Of a stretch of 59,822 bases of DNA, positions 29,601 to 39,498 are shown piece after piece; position 1 is the stretch's first letter, and each line of letters starts with the position of its first letter. The translations under genes were made by a program, and so were the position numbers. The stretch covers positions 1 through 59,822 of the IMG/VR virus record IMGVR_UViG_3300017991_000120; one strand, written 5' to 3'. The notes under the pieces are model-generated. The model made no database searches. It was given only the letters and a program-made list of their open reading frames with translations, and had not been told where the DNA came from. The DNA comes from a virus. Taxonomy: Duplodnaviria > Caudoviricetes.

Positions 29601-31436
29601 TCAGAACAGATTAACAATGCCGAACTCGCTTTGGAGGGCATTTATCCAGAGGTTATTAGTTTTAATGATGCTATCGTAGAATCCATTGACTATGTAAATG
29701 CCATGAGCGCAGGCGTTTCACAATTAACAGCCGCGTTTTTAGGTGATATCCATAAGTATTTCGCTGAATTTTACAAGTTCAACAATGATGGGATCGCCTT
29801 AATTGAATCCCTTGAAGAAGCCATTTATTTTGGTATCGATCCGCAGGATGCCCCTTTACTGTCAAAGCAAATTGAAAAATTGATTGCGGATTGGGAAGCC
29901 TACATTGAAACACTTGATCCCAATTCTCAGGCGTACGCCGACGCCCTCGCAGGATTGGATGATTTGCGAGACAAGTTTGAAAACTGGTTAAATCCAGCCG
30001 TGGAAGATGCCATTGATTCCGGCGAGGATTTAGTGGACACTTACGGCAATGTTGGAGACGCAATTGATACCCTCGGTGATAGTAATGACGTTGGTGGTGT
30101 CTTTGATGCTCTCGCTGATAAAATGGCTTTGTTCAAAGAATATGGTATTCAAACCAGAGGTGAATTAATTGAACAAATCCGTGAAATGGAGCGGTTGGTT
30201 GGCTACCTACGGGAAGGCACCGACGACTATAATAAATTTACCTATGAACTCGGATTACTTTATGAGCAATTAGGCGTCACGAATCCTTACTTGGGTGAAG
30301 CCGCACATCTCCAATACCAATTGGCGAACGCAGGAATCGAAACAACAGATTCCGTTCAAGCTCAAATAGACCAATATGAAGCACTCCTCCCACTGTTAGA
30401 GGAAGGCTCGTACGAATATCAGCAAGTCATTGACAAGCTCGGCCCACTATATGACAAACTTGGTTTAGTCAACCCCTATCTCCATGAACAGGCAGAGGGA
30501 TTCCTTGCCGTCGAGGACGGTATTACCAAATTAAATATTCAACTGGATGATTATCTCGGAATTATGTTTGGGCAATTTGACGAGATGATGAAGATGTTGG
30601 GTAGCTTTGGCGAGGAAGGTTTTGAAGCAAATGGAGAGCTTTTCCAACTCCTTGATCGTTTGCAGAATTTCAATATTGATTTTGAGGACACGAATGTTGA
30701 CGAACAAATCCTGATGTGGATTGCCCGAATGGAAGAATATCTTGCCACTCTCGATCCAGATTCCCAAGCATGGAAAGACGCGACATGGGCATTGGCTGAG
30801 TTGAAACTGCGATTTGAAGAAATGGGTGGCTCTATGGATGACTTGCCTGATGATTGGCGTGACCAATTTGATTTTGGTGATGAAGATGTGGCACCGTGGG
30901 GTAAATTAGATGAGACGATGGGCAAGTTGAATGACACCATCGCCCTGTTGGTCGAAACGCTTGGAGGTATCCCCGACGAATTAGAGGATGCCAACGATGA
31001 GTTGGATAAAACAAAAGATAAGATGGCGCTCATTGTAGATGAGGCATTGAAAATGCCTAACTTTGGTGACCCCGGTCCTTTTGACCCACCTCCAACAAAA
31101 CATTTGGGCGGTATGATTACCACGGCACATACCGGACTATATAATCATGGTGATGAAACTTTGATCAAGGCCCTTAGAGGCGAGATGGTTATTCAACGTC
31201 CGGTTGTGGACAAGTACGGCGCACAAGCAATGATTGAATTTAATAGAACAGGAGATGCCTCAAAATTGATGCCACCGGCTCCGTCGGTAAAACCTGTTGA
31301 AGTCCATGTTCATGCACACGAAGCAACGCCGGAGACGTGGTTCGAAGTTACCCAAAAACAAGTCTATCCAAATATCAGGCAATCACAGAGATACTATGAA
31401 ACAGGAGTAAATCCTTACAATGGTAAACGCTCTTAA
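26625..31436 (+). CDS. tape measure protein
   Basis: 1603 aa; TP901-like core (AADFEAKMGNI, LSEAMYQIVSA, GQTTMGELA); Ala/Glu-rich helical repeats. Confidence 0.92.
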   Translation: MPFSGLGSGSNLGGFDIAGYIGIVGLSKFNQDLNKATTNADKAAKAMNRGLNVAIAAGAAAFALAIKSAADFEAKMGNIHTLLGPGEEAQRNIESMGDAIVEMSTKFPASAQSLSEAMYQIVSATVPPAEAMGVLEESVKGAVAGVASTEETFNLFSATVKGYGMEWAEVGRISDIVFQTIKLGQTTMGELATSMQGAIPLASTLGIKFEEIAGATATLTGVTGSTSEVMTQIESIMTALIKQSTGMKGAFEALGVSSGQELISKFEGLQGALGALKGYTDEYNLSIGKVLGRKEALVAYYALTGAQAQNFADKTKAMFNAVGAAQDAYLIKMDEFGNQATLLKNTVSAAFIELGNKMLPALTAFFSALNSNSGAIMAFVKSLAEVAMGLGAIAAGYKIVGFIKALPALWAAVTAALGPVGVAILAITAAYIALKTAIGYVNGKLDEAHKARLLAIDSMSTELEKVKALETRYNDLKDKESLTKDEQKELDTVTKNLYEKYRELGTHVSTTDRSFGDLLDHLTSQKMKEANAAIDEAGTKIGVMAGLMAQGGAVGALAGVVDGLFHVTKRAGEQIEMANQEIAELNAVSESAEGSVDGLGGELSEADKAALAAAEAHKRLTEAGIETTAEIKNQIAAWEALKADAGSDQFALKQIESKIKDLNDKLGTMPSISEAFGEIDTGGVVSAVDELTPRFKSLSDVANDMYWNVRSANPEFEEFANKQEALKAAYDTIRNPQQIQIDQWKALLDSGELLPGEVLAIEEALDKTEGTTEKGNKEWASYLGYMNDLINRMPGVSDQFKGFATLATTALTQLLSGGLDPVSLGFSALNLIIGDFTREHPPFRRSVEEISDIFEKWGTNIEDVKLTLDELTEKIQSSTLEALKEKFAELEETIATTNSNIANLGTMMQANYETFVAQLQFENLTFAFTFTANYEDVTEGIEFLSSERKRMQDLFGDSFNFSGFDQLLMDQIEASKQLLNTLDPTSEAYRLLSEQINNAELALEGIYPEVISFNDAIVESIDYVNAMSAGVSQLTAAFLGDIHKYFAEFYKFNNDGIALIESLEEAIYFGIDPQDAPLLSKQIEKLIADWEAYIETLDPNSQAYADALAGLDDLRDKFENWLNPAVEDAIDSGEDLVDTYGNVGDAIDTLGDSNDVGGVFDALADKMALFKEYGIQTRGELIEQIREMERLVGYLREGTDDYNKFTYELGLLYEQLGVTNPYLGEAAHLQYQLANAGIETTDSVQAQIDQYEALLPLLEEGSYEYQQVIDKLGPLYDKLGLVNPYLHEQAEGFLAVEDGITKLNIQLDDYLGIMFGQFDEMMKMLGSFGEEGFEANGELFQLLDRLQNFNIDFEDTNVDEQILMWIARMEEYLATLDPDSQAWKDATWALAELKLRFEEMGGSMDDLPDDWRDQFDFGDEDVAPWGKLDETMGKLNDTIALLVETLGGIPDELEDANDELDKTKDKMALIVDEALKMPNFGDPGPFDPPPTKHLGGMITTAHTGLYNHGDETLIKALRGEMVIQRPVVDKYGAQAMIEFNRTGDASKLMPPAPSVKPVEVHVHAHEATPETWFEVTQKQVYPNIRQSQRYYETGVNPYNGKRS

Positions 31437-31800
31437 AATAGTTCAGGATTCAACAACCATTTATTTCTATGCCGACGAGGTTATCAATCTGCCGGAGGAG
31501 CCTACCGGAGATGTAGTTATCAGTCGCGCCCAATCGGGAAAGGCATTTGTCAATGTGTTGACGTCAAATTTTTTGGAATTCAATATCTCAATCCGTCACT
31601 ATCGAGGAACGACTTTGGAGAGGATTCGGCAATTGCGAGCCTTGAAGGGTGAATTTACGCTTTATCCTTATTTGGTTTACTCCTCTGCCATTTCGGTTAA
31701 AGCGATAATGATTCCGAAAACCATAACCGAAATCCGCACCTTTGGCGAATTGGAAGCCAATGTTGTGACTTCATTATTCTTAAAGGAAAGTTCAAAATAG
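31420..31800 (+). CDS. distal tail / tail-tip protein (putative)
   Basis: Immediately after TMP; small beta-rich protein. Confidence 0.45.
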   Translation: MVNALKIVQDSTTIYFYADEVINLPEEPTGDVVISRAQSGKAFVNVLTSNFLEFNISIRHYRGTTLERIRQLRALKGEFTLYPYLVYSSAISVKAIMIPKTITEIRTFGELEANVVTSLFLKESSK

Positions 31801-34698
31801 ATGCCTTGGTATAAAAACAACATACCCACAGAATGGGAAACGGCACTGGAAAGGCGTTCAGGTTCAAAGTTTACCACGGAAATTATTTATGATCCTCCGG
31901 GTGCCAACGTAACCTTTTCAGGCAAATATGATTTAATTGACGCCTCGCCTGTTGAGCAAATCAAAGACCTTGATCCTGAACTGGCTTTGCGACCCGTTGT
32001 AAAATCTGTCCGACTGACTTTAAATGATCCTGATCAATACCTTGATCCTGAAAATTCCTCTGGATTATTTTACAACGAATCTCCGGTCGGGAAAGATATT
32101 TTGGTCAACATAGATTGCAATGAAAGTGGCTCCTCAAAAATTATGAACATTTTTACGGGGCGAATTGATGTCGAACCGGAGGCTGGAAAAGGTGTTTGTT
32201 CCATAATTTGTTCACCACGTCGTCGATATGTTTTGCAACAAAAGTTGGTTGGAGCGGATAGTGACTCCGATACCAAGTTAAAGATGATGAACAATGTTGG
32301 CGGCTTGGTTGATAGCGTTTCCTACAATACCAATTGGAACAATCCTCCATTTGAATTTAGCTTGGCCGATGGATCACTCCCTACTGGATTAACTTTAAAT
32401 TCCGACGGCACCGTTGATGGTACGCCTACCGTTGAAGGTGAGGTTACTTTTACCGTGGAGGCACGAAACAGCGAAGGCGTCACACGGCAATTGGATTGTC
32501 GTATTATAGTTTCCGACCCTCCCAATAATGAATTTGAACAGGCCAAAGGCTGGTCAGGTTTTACGCAAAATTCACCCACGGGATCACCGGATTTTAGTTT
32601 ATCCGCGCGCGATGGATGGGCACGGATAACACCTGACGGTGCGGGTTATGGCTGGAACGGTGTGGACCCTGAGAACGAGGCACCCTACATTTCTATTGAT
32701 GACGCGGACGCTTTGACTGGTGATTGGTCATTATACGGAAGGGTCTGCGGCGAGGGAAGTGACGGTGAAGGTACATATCGATATATTGGAATCTATGTGG
32801 CAACCGGAACCTATACTGGATTTCTTTTGGGCATAGAATCAACGACAACAGCAGGAACCTTCAACGTTTTTGTTCATAAGGCAGACACCGCTAACAACGT
32901 CCATCGCACGACCATCTATACTGACACCATTTACGTAAAAATGAAGCATGTGGATTCCGAAGATAAAATCTACATGTATTATAAGGAAGAACTTGCTGAT
33001 TCATGGACACTTGCTTATACCGCTTCCAGTTTTACGGCAACGCCGATCAGCGTTGGTTTTAAAGTGCAGGGCTTGAATGCATCAAGCTATGGTGAATGTG
33101 ATTTGCTGTATTACCACAGTGGCGCATTAGATTTTGAGAGCTCGGTAATTTTGCCAACAGGGGCAAAGGATGTGGCTTATTCAACTACCGTTAAGGCAAT
33201 GGGTGGGGCAGGTTTTTATTCTTATTCTATTTCATCAGGATCATTGCCGTCCGGCCTATCTCTGGATAGTTCCACGGGCGTTATATCGGGCACACCTACG
33301 GAAGCGCGATCCGCTCAATTTACATTAAAAGTCACCGACGATGACAGTACAGAATATGAAACTGATTTTTCGCTGGTCGTGGAGGAGGATGTTTATTTCT
33401 ATCCAAGCGTTCTTTCCGAAGCTACTTTGAACGAGGCTTATGAAGATCAATTTGTCGTTTATGGTAGTGGAACATTGGATAGGAGTTTAGTAACTATTGG
33501 CGATCAGTGCGAAGTTGGATTGTGGGAGATTACTTTTTCAGACGATACGAATTTCGTGATAACTGGACCGGGTATCTCACAACAAACGGGCGCGATTGAC
33601 GAGGACTTTTCAATATCAAATGTCATTACAATTCCAACTACCGCGTGGGACGGTATCTTTTTCTTGGATATGAAAGTGATGTTTATTACCGGAATTTCTT
33701 ATGCCTATCAAAATGCAGTGGACATCATTTATGCCTTGTATTCAAAAGGCGGTTTGTCCGAAACCATTTTGGATGCGTCAAGTTATTTTGGAGACAAGGA
33801 GATAGGTTCTCCTTATGAAGACGTTGCCGTTGGAACAACCACTTTAAAGGTAAAAGTTGATTATCCGATTATCATAAAAACAGCCGAAGTCCTTATCATC
33901 GAGGAGGGAAGCAATTCCGAAGAAGTCATTGTGAATATTGGGAATGATATGAGTTCCTCTTTCCCTCCCTACATCGACTTGACAATCACGGCGACCACTT
34001 ACGCCTATTCTCCTGCGGCAACGGTTACATGGAAAAAACGTACCACAAGAGATACTGATTATAGCTTTGACGAATTCCATGAATATTGCGAGGATAACAA
34101 CTTTAAGGTTTCCATCACATTTGATCGAAATATTACAGTCCTGCAAGCCATTGAGCTTATCTCACTTCACGCCGGAATTTATGTTGGTCAGTCCTTGGGT
34201 AAAGAGAGGATCGCAGGATTGATTGAGCGGGCGTCCGAATCCTTGCAAACAATAGATTCACAATACATTTTAAAGGACTCCGTACGGGTTGAGAGTGGCG
34301 AAATCATTAATCAATTCAACATTTCCTATGGGCTGGACTACATTGAGGATGAATATCTCAATAGTTACCAATATCCAGAGACCGATGAAGCCAACAACAG
34401 TTATCAAGAACATGGCTTTAAGACTGAGGTAGATATTAAGCTGCCGGGATATTATGACCCTTCAACAGTCCAAACTCTTGCCGCTTTATATTATAAAATC
34501 TTCGGAGATGGGCCTCGATACGTCTATGTCGGATTAGACCTTATGGCGATTTTGACAGCATTCGGAGATCGTTTTGATTTGGATAGTTCCGTGCCTGATA
34601 TTGAAACTGTTGTAGAAGTTATCGGCTTCACAATGCACATCAGGAATGGTTATTATTTTACACTAAAAACCATTGACCGATCCCATTTAACAACATAG
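31801..34698 (+). CDS. tail tip/hub protein with inserted Ig-like (He_PIG) and probable lectin-like domains
   Basis: Two He_PIG repeats ('GSLPTGLTLNSDGTVDGTPT', 'GSLPSGLSLDSSTGVISGTPT') flank an aromatic beta-sandwich segment. Confidence 0.75.
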   Translation: MPWYKNNIPTEWETALERRSGSKFTTEIIYDPPGANVTFSGKYDLIDASPVEQIKDLDPELALRPVVKSVRLTLNDPDQYLDPENSSGLFYNESPVGKDILVNIDCNESGSSKIMNIFTGRIDVEPEAGKGVCSIICSPRRRYVLQQKLVGADSDSDTKLKMMNNVGGLVDSVSYNTNWNNPPFEFSLADGSLPTGLTLNSDGTVDGTPTVEGEVTFTVEARNSEGVTRQLDCRIIVSDPPNNEFEQAKGWSGFTQNSPTGSPDFSLSARDGWARITPDGAGYGWNGVDPENEAPYISIDDADALTGDWSLYGRVCGEGSDGEGTYRYIGIYVATGTYTGFLLGIESTTTAGTFNVFVHKADTANNVHRTTIYTDTIYVKMKHVDSEDKIYMYYKEELADSWTLAYTASSFTATPISVGFKVQGLNASSYGECDLLYYHSGALDFESSVILPTGAKDVAYSTTVKAMGGAGFYSYSISSGSLPSGLSLDSSTGVISGTPTEARSAQFTLKVTDDDSTEYETDFSLVVEEDVYFYPSVLSEATLNEAYEDQFVVYGSGTLDRSLVTIGDQCEVGLWEITFSDDTNFVITGPGISQQTGAIDEDFSISNVITIPTTAWDGIFFLDMKVMFITGISYAYQNAVDIIYALYSKGGLSETILDASSYFGDKEIGSPYEDVAVGTTTLKVKVDYPIIIKTAEVLIIEEGSNSEEVIVNIGNDMSSSFPPYIDLTITATTYAYSPAATVTWKKRTTRDTDYSFDEFHEYCEDNNFKVSITFDRNITVLQAIELISLHAGIYVGQSLGKERIAGLIERASESLQTIDSQYILKDSVRVESGEIINQFNISYGLDYIEDEYLNSYQYPETDEANNSYQEHGFKTEVDIKLPGYYDPSTVQTLAALYYKIFGDGPRYVYVGLDLMAILTAFGDRFDLDSSVPDIETVVEVIGFTMHIRNGYYFTLKTIDRSHLTT

Positions 34699-34711
34699 GA
34701 GATAAAAAATT

Positions 34712-35242
34712 ATGGGAAAAATAATGGGCAAACCTTTGGACACGTTGGGAAAATATGCAGTCATTCCGCATACCCACATCGTTGCCATTGGTAGAAATCC
34801 TCTTGGCAGGATTAAATTCATCGAGAGTACCCACAACCTTGTGGTCAACACCGGCCTTGATGATCTTTTGGATAAACGATTCAAAGCATCGTCCTATACC
34901 TCTGCAGACTATGTTGGTCTCAAAGGTTCCGGTTCCATCGCTGCCGGCGACACCATGTCAAGCCATTCTGGTTGGTCTGAGGTAACGGGTTACTCCGAGT
35001 CCGTTCGTCAAACATTGACGTTGGGTTCTATTTCAAGCCAGTCTGTTGACAATTCCGCTTCAAAGGCCAGTTATTCAATAAACGCATCTGTCACGGTTGC
35101 TGGTGCCTTTGTAACAACGAACAGCACAAAAGGTGGGTCTACGGGCATCCTTTATGGTGCGGCTGATTTTTCGGCTTCACGATCCTTGTCCAACGGTGAT
35201 ACCTTGAACGTGCAGGTCACGTTGTCAATGTCTGCAAGTTAA
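34712..35242 (+). CDS. virion structural protein (tail-associated)
   Basis: Ser/Thr/Gly-rich; 'NLVVNTG...GDTLNVQVTL' pattern seen in tail-fibre proximal proteins. Confidence 0.55.
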   Translation: MGKIMGKPLDTLGKYAVIPHTHIVAIGRNPLGRIKFIESTHNLVVNTGLDDLLDKRFKASSYTSADYVGLKGSGSIAAGDTMSSHSGWSEVTGYSESVRQTLTLGSISSQSVDNSASKASYSINASVTVAGAFVTTNSTKGGSTGILYGAADFSASRSLSNGDTLNVQVTLSMSAS

Positions 35243-35254
35243 TAGGAGGTTGAT

Positions 35255-35659
35255 ATGGCCTCTGTGAGCATGAAATTTCGGGGGGTAGGATTATCTCCCG
35301 AAACCCTCACCAAAACGGTAGTCATTGATTCTATGGTGCAAAAACTTCTAACCACTGTGGAAACAGACGAGAGCGAGGGAACAAAAACGGAAACAATCAC
35401 CGGAGCTTGGCAATCGTTTTTCCTGATACTTACGGGATTCTCCTTTGCCGAACAAAAGTGGTTCATGAATTTTTTGAAAACGGAAAACAAGTATCTGGTT
35501 CAAATGAGCGATGATACCGAAGTTGAGGCATGGAAGGTTGTAAACGCCATGTCAAGGCATCAATTTAAGAGCGGAAACATGTCGTGTCAATTTGATGTCG
35601 CTGAAATTTCGGACTATGTCCAAGACCCGGGAACTGGTGATTTCGTGCAAGTGATTTAG
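35255..35659 (+). CDS. hypothetical tail-region protein
   Basis: AGGAGG SD. Confidence 0.55.
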   Translation: MASVSMKFRGVGLSPETLTKTVVIDSMVQKLLTTVETDESEGTKTETITGAWQSFFLILTGFSFAEQKWFMNFLKTENKYLVQMSDDTEVEAWKVVNAMSRHQFKSGNMSCQFDVAEISDYVQDPGTGDFVQVI

Positions 35660-35667
35660 GAGGACTT

Positions 35668-36480
35668 ATGAAAAAAATCGTTATCCTATTGCTGATTGCC
35701 TTTGCATGTTTTGGACAAGGGGATCCCACAGATTGGAATTATGTGACACAAGCTGAACTGGATTCCATTTCGCTGTTTGGATGGAACTTTGATGTCGCGA
35801 GTGGCCTAAAATCACGAAAAGTTCATATCGATACTTTGTTGGCGTGGTTGAATAACAATACATCGCCGGACAGTTCTTTTGAAATTGTCTTTGCTGACTC
35901 CGCTGAGTTTGGTTCGGGATCAAATCTTGGTAAATTTGAATCTGATGGTACATTAGTTTTTTATAATGACGCAACCGTTTGGGATGATTTGCGTTTTCCA
36001 GCAACGGCCGTCAACCCACCGGGAGCGGTAAGTGATCCTGATTTTGATGCGACGAATATTGGTTGGCTATTTGATGATGGTACCACTGAAACTCTTATGA
36101 TGATTGGTCAAATGCCACACGCGAGAAAACCTGATTCCGATATCGAATTGCACTTGCATTGGGAACCGACGAACACCAATACTGATACAGTTTATTGGCA
36201 AATTCTTTACAAATGGACAAACATCGGAAGCGTTGAACAAGCTGGTTGGGACACCTTAATCGTAAAGGCAGCGGGTGCCGGAACAGCCTATCACCACACC
36301 TTGTCTGATTTTGGAACCATTGATGGAACTGGTATGAATTTAAGTTCTATCATATCCATGAAACTTTCAAGGGTTGGTGGTCATTCGTCTGACGGTTATA
36401 ATGCGGACGCCCTGTTAAAAGAATTTGACATCCACTATGAAATTGACAGGTTAGGTAGTAGAAACGAAGCTTCAAATTAA
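35668..36480 (+). CDS. tail-region protein with signal-peptide-like N-terminus
   Basis: MKKIVILLLIAFAC; 'VWDDLRFPA...QMPH...LHLHW' beta-sandwich domain. Confidence 0.6.
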   Translation: MKKIVILLLIAFACFGQGDPTDWNYVTQAELDSISLFGWNFDVASGLKSRKVHIDTLLAWLNNNTSPDSSFEIVFADSAEFGSGSNLGKFESDGTLVFYNDATVWDDLRFPATAVNPPGAVSDPDFDATNIGWLFDDGTTETLMMIGQMPHARKPDSDIELHLHWEPTNTNTDTVYWQILYKWTNIGSVEQAGWDTLIVKAAGAGTAYHHTLSDFGTIDGTGMNLSSIISMKLSRVGGHSSDGYNADALLKEFDIHYEIDRLGSRNEASN

Positions 36481-36489
36481 AGGTTTGAA

Positions 36490-38478
36490 ATGGCAGACGT
36501 AACACAAAGCCCGGGTTCTATAGTTGATGATGCCAGTATAGGAACCGTCACTTGGTCGAATCCTTCAAATGCCGCGTCAAGCGATGATTCTTATGCGACT
36601 GCGGCAGTGGTATTTAATCAAACTCATTATCTCTGGTGTGATGACTTTGGTTTTTCCATTCCATCGGGTGCAACCATTCAGGGAATTGAAGTAAAGGTCG
36701 AGGCAAGTTATAGCGGTGGATTTTCTTGCAGTTTGAATCATGTTCGTTTGATCAAGGGCGGGACCATTACTGGCGATGACAATGGAGGGCAAGCTGTTAC
36801 CGGAACCGATACCGTCTACACTTTTGGCGGTGCGGCTGACTTGTGGGGAGCGTCTTGGGCATATTCTGACATCAATGCCTCTAATTTTGGAGCCGCAGTC
36901 ACAGCGACGGGAGCATTTTCAACCGCGAGAGTGGATCATATCCAAATTAAGGTTACTTACACAACGGGTGGAACGGTCTACAATGAATCAATAACCTTGT
37001 CCGCAGTGGCAACGCAAGGCGAGACGCCGGACGCCGAAAGTGAGGGTTCAGCCAGCTTGGCGGCTATCGCGGAAATGACGTCCGACGGCCAAAAGGAAGG
37101 TATTGAGGAATCCGCTTCAATTGGCGCGGCAGTGGCTTCTATTGCTATATCTGCAACCGCAGAAAGTGAAGGGTCTGTTGATTTTGAAGCTGTTGCCTCG
37201 GATGGCGATGGAGGAGTAGCCAGTGCAGAGGGGGATTCTGATATTGAGGCTTTTGCTAATATTGAAAGTCTTGGTGGTTTGAACTCGGCTGGCAACATAG
37301 CTCTGGACGCCTCCGCAGGGATAGCAGACACGGGCGGCACTGTTTCGGATAATTCAATAACCTTTTCGGCTGATGCGGGTGTGGCTTCTGCCGGAGATGT
37401 TGTTGGTTTAACTGTTTCCAGTGAAAAAAGAAATCCGGGATCAATTGGAACGTCGGGCAGTGGTGATATGGAATGGCAGGAGGCGGGAAATGTTGAGTAT
37501 AGTGACAACCGTCGGGCATGGTGTGATATTTATCAACCAAATCTCACGTCCAATAAATTGCAGGGAAGTAACTTTGGTTTTCAAATCCCTTCCAATGCAA
37601 CCATTGAAGGCGTTGAAGTAACCGTTGAACACCGCGCCCAACCTGCAGATGATATTGAAATATCGGTTAACTTGATGGTGGATTTCATTGAGAATGGCAA
37701 TTCCGAAGATGACTTCACACGATGGCCTTATAATGATAGCACCATGACCTTTGGCAGTGATTCAAGCACTTGGGGCCTTTCGTTGACTTCGCAAACCATT
37801 AATGCAAATGGTTTTGGATTTTCGTTATACATTCAAAGCGCCAGTGGGCCATCAATTGCTGGTATTGACAATGTTTATATGACAGTCTATTATTCAACAT
37901 CGGGAACGGCAACAGCAGAAGAAGCCTTGGAGTTTGGCGCGGTTGCGGGTATGGAACTGGTTTCCGATCTTGGCGGTACAAATTATGATGACTCTGTGGT
38001 ATTGACTGCATACGGAGGAATCGCAGGATCATTGATCCAAAATGTTCAATCAGGAATGACTTTGAATGCGGTGCCAATTATAGATGTCCTCAATGACAAA
38101 GAGGACATTGATGTCAAAATGATCTTGGCAGACGGCACAGTAAAGGCCATTGAAAGACGGCACGTTTTTAATGTCATTGAAGATACTGATACTGAGCATG
38201 TGGTTTTGGTTTACCAAGATGAGAGTTCACGTGTCTATGAGACAGGTGGAAATGCAACGACGGTGGAAGTGGTTTTGAAACCAAACACCTTCCTCCGAGA
38301 TTTTATGGCAACATTGAGAACCGAAATGGAAAACATTAGGCTCTATTATCGTTACAAATCGGAGCCGACAAATTATAAAATCGTAAGGGTTCATCCATTA
38401 GTCCCATTCAATTATGCCCACGGTGGCTTAGATGGTGATGAATTGCTCAGGATGATTTTCTATGAACAGATAACGTAA
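36490..38478 (+). CDS. tail fibre/adhesin-like protein with a duplicated domain
   Basis: Two copies of 'FGFxIPSxATIxGxEVxVE...TFG...WG...INAxxFG'; Ala/Ser/Glu-rich spacer repeats. Confidence 0.65.
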   Translation: MADVTQSPGSIVDDASIGTVTWSNPSNAASSDDSYATAAVVFNQTHYLWCDDFGFSIPSGATIQGIEVKVEASYSGGFSCSLNHVRLIKGGTITGDDNGGQAVTGTDTVYTFGGAADLWGASWAYSDINASNFGAAVTATGAFSTARVDHIQIKVTYTTGGTVYNESITLSAVATQGETPDAESEGSASLAAIAEMTSDGQKEGIEESASIGAAVASIAISATAESEGSVDFEAVASDGDGGVASAEGDSDIEAFANIESLGGLNSAGNIALDASAGIADTGGTVSDNSITFSADAGVASAGDVVGLTVSSEKRNPGSIGTSGSGDMEWQEAGNVEYSDNRRAWCDIYQPNLTSNKLQGSNFGFQIPSNATIEGVEVTVEHRAQPADDIEISVNLMVDFIENGNSEDDFTRWPYNDSTMTFGSDSSTWGLSLTSQTINANGFGFSLYIQSASGPSIAGIDNVYMTVYYSTSGTATAEEALEFGAVAGMELVSDLGGTNYDDSVVLTAYGGIAGSLIQNVQSGMTLNAVPIIDVLNDKEDIDVKMILADGTVKAIERRHVFNVIEDTDTEHVVLVYQDESSRVYETGGNATTVEVVLKPNTFLRDFMATLRTEMENIRLYYRYKSEPTNYKIVRVHPLVPFNYAHGGLDGDELLRMIFYEQIT

Positions 38479-38488
38479 AGGTGATGAT

Positions 38489-38821
38489 GTGGATAAGGTG
38501 GTTGAGCAATTATTTAAACATGACGCCGCGACATGGGCATTGGCATTGATTTTAATCACTGCGGTAATTGCCTTGATTAGGAACGTGATGATACTTATTT
38601 TCCGAATATCAGATCGGTTTAAGCCACAAGGCCGACCGTGCGATTATTTGGTAAAATTACAAGAACAGGTGGCGAATACAAACGTCACAGTGGCAGAACA
38701 ATTGTCCGAACTGCGAACCAAAGTTGAATTCATTTATAAAGAATTAAATAACGGAATGGGCTTTGCACGTCGGGCGCAATATGAAAGGAAGGCTAAAAAT
38801 GAAAACTCTGATGATCGGTGA
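38489..38821 (+). CDS. holin-like membrane protein (putative)
   Basis: One N-terminal TM segment plus coiled coil at the end of the late operon. Confidence 0.4.
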   Translation: MDKVVEQLFKHDAATWALALILITAVIALIRNVMILIFRISDRFKPQGRPCDYLVKLQEQVANTNVTVAEQLSELRTKVEFIYKELNNGMGFARRAQYERKAKNENSDDR

Positions 38822-39158
38822 ATTCGGTATTCAAAATACCAAGGAGCTTATTAAGTTTGGAGCAACGTTGGCCCACTTGGGTTTTGATTTAAAAAATGGT
38901 TTCCAATTGGATGAGGAAATTCCAAACCTCATTGCCGCCGGAAGTGCTGCCGTTCCCGCCCTCGATGAATTCGATAAAGTCGATGATGAACTCCTCGACC
39001 TTGCACCGGAGGAATTGGAGGGGCTGGTTGCCTATACCGATTCACTTTTGGACGATTTGGACTTCGTCGTTGACGACACCCAAGCCGCCATGTTAGATTT
39101 TATCAACGGCGCGTTGGTCATCACTCGCGGTGCCATGAAATTGAAAAAGAAATCCTAA
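38799..39158 (+). CDS. hypothetical acidic helical protein
   Basis: AAGGAAGG SD then ATG at 38799. Confidence 0.6.
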   Translation: MKTLMIGEFGIQNTKELIKFGATLAHLGFDLKNGFQLDEEIPNLIAAGSAAVPALDEFDKVDDELLDLAPEELEGLVAYTDSLLDDLDFVVDDTQAAMLDFINGALVITRGAMKLKKKS

Positions 39159-39185
39159 GCCACTTCTTGCGGCTTACCTCCAAAA

Positions 39186-39218
39186 GATGGCAGTTCCGAG
39201 GCGAGCGGGACTGCCATC
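39186..39218 (+). terminator. GC-rich hairpin ending the late operon
   Basis: GATGGCAGTTCCG / CGGGACTGCCATC stem; no strong U-tract. Confidence 0.45.
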
Positions 39219-39293
39219 CTGCTAAATTTCTCACACTGATTTTGGTCAAAACTTGTAAAATCCAACAGTTTTTAAACTTTACAAAAAAAGTTC

Positions 39294-39322
39294 TTGCATT
39301 CTCGGTTTTAGTTCCTTATACT
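39294..39322 (+). promoter_or_regulatory. sigma70-type promoter for the RNA-cassette/vWA operon
   Basis: TTGCAT-17 nt-TATACT preceded by AAAAAAAGTTC. Confidence 0.75.
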
Positions 39323-39406
39323 TAATGGCGTTGAAAAACGTGACTTTCATTTCTTGTCGAACGCGAGGCTCTCCGCCGAGCTTCGCGTTTTTAAAACGAA
39401 AAAAAT

Positions 39407-39491
39407 AAGCGAAGGCGTTTTTGGTTGTTATAGAACCCGTTTGTGCAAAAACGCTTGTCCTAAAAAGCAACCGACCTTTACTTCGCTTTTT
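39407..39491 (+). ncRNA. RNA cassette 1: conserved closing stems with a short hairpin insert
   Basis: AAGCGAAG/CTTCGCTT outer stem; GGTTGTT-A-TAG...CTA-AAA-AGCAACC inner stem; 3' T run. Confidence 0.65.
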
Positions 39492-39498
39492 AAAATAT

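Noticed and set aside
19181-38077. Numerous minus-strand ORFs across the structural operon (e.g. 21616-22383, 22412-23143, 30551-31123, 36978-37508)
   Set aside because: Antisense shadows of well-supported plus-strand genes, with no motifs.
36490-38478. Diversity-generating retroelement target/template pair
   Set aside because: The duplication is old and visible mainly at protein level; no reverse transcriptase in the genome.
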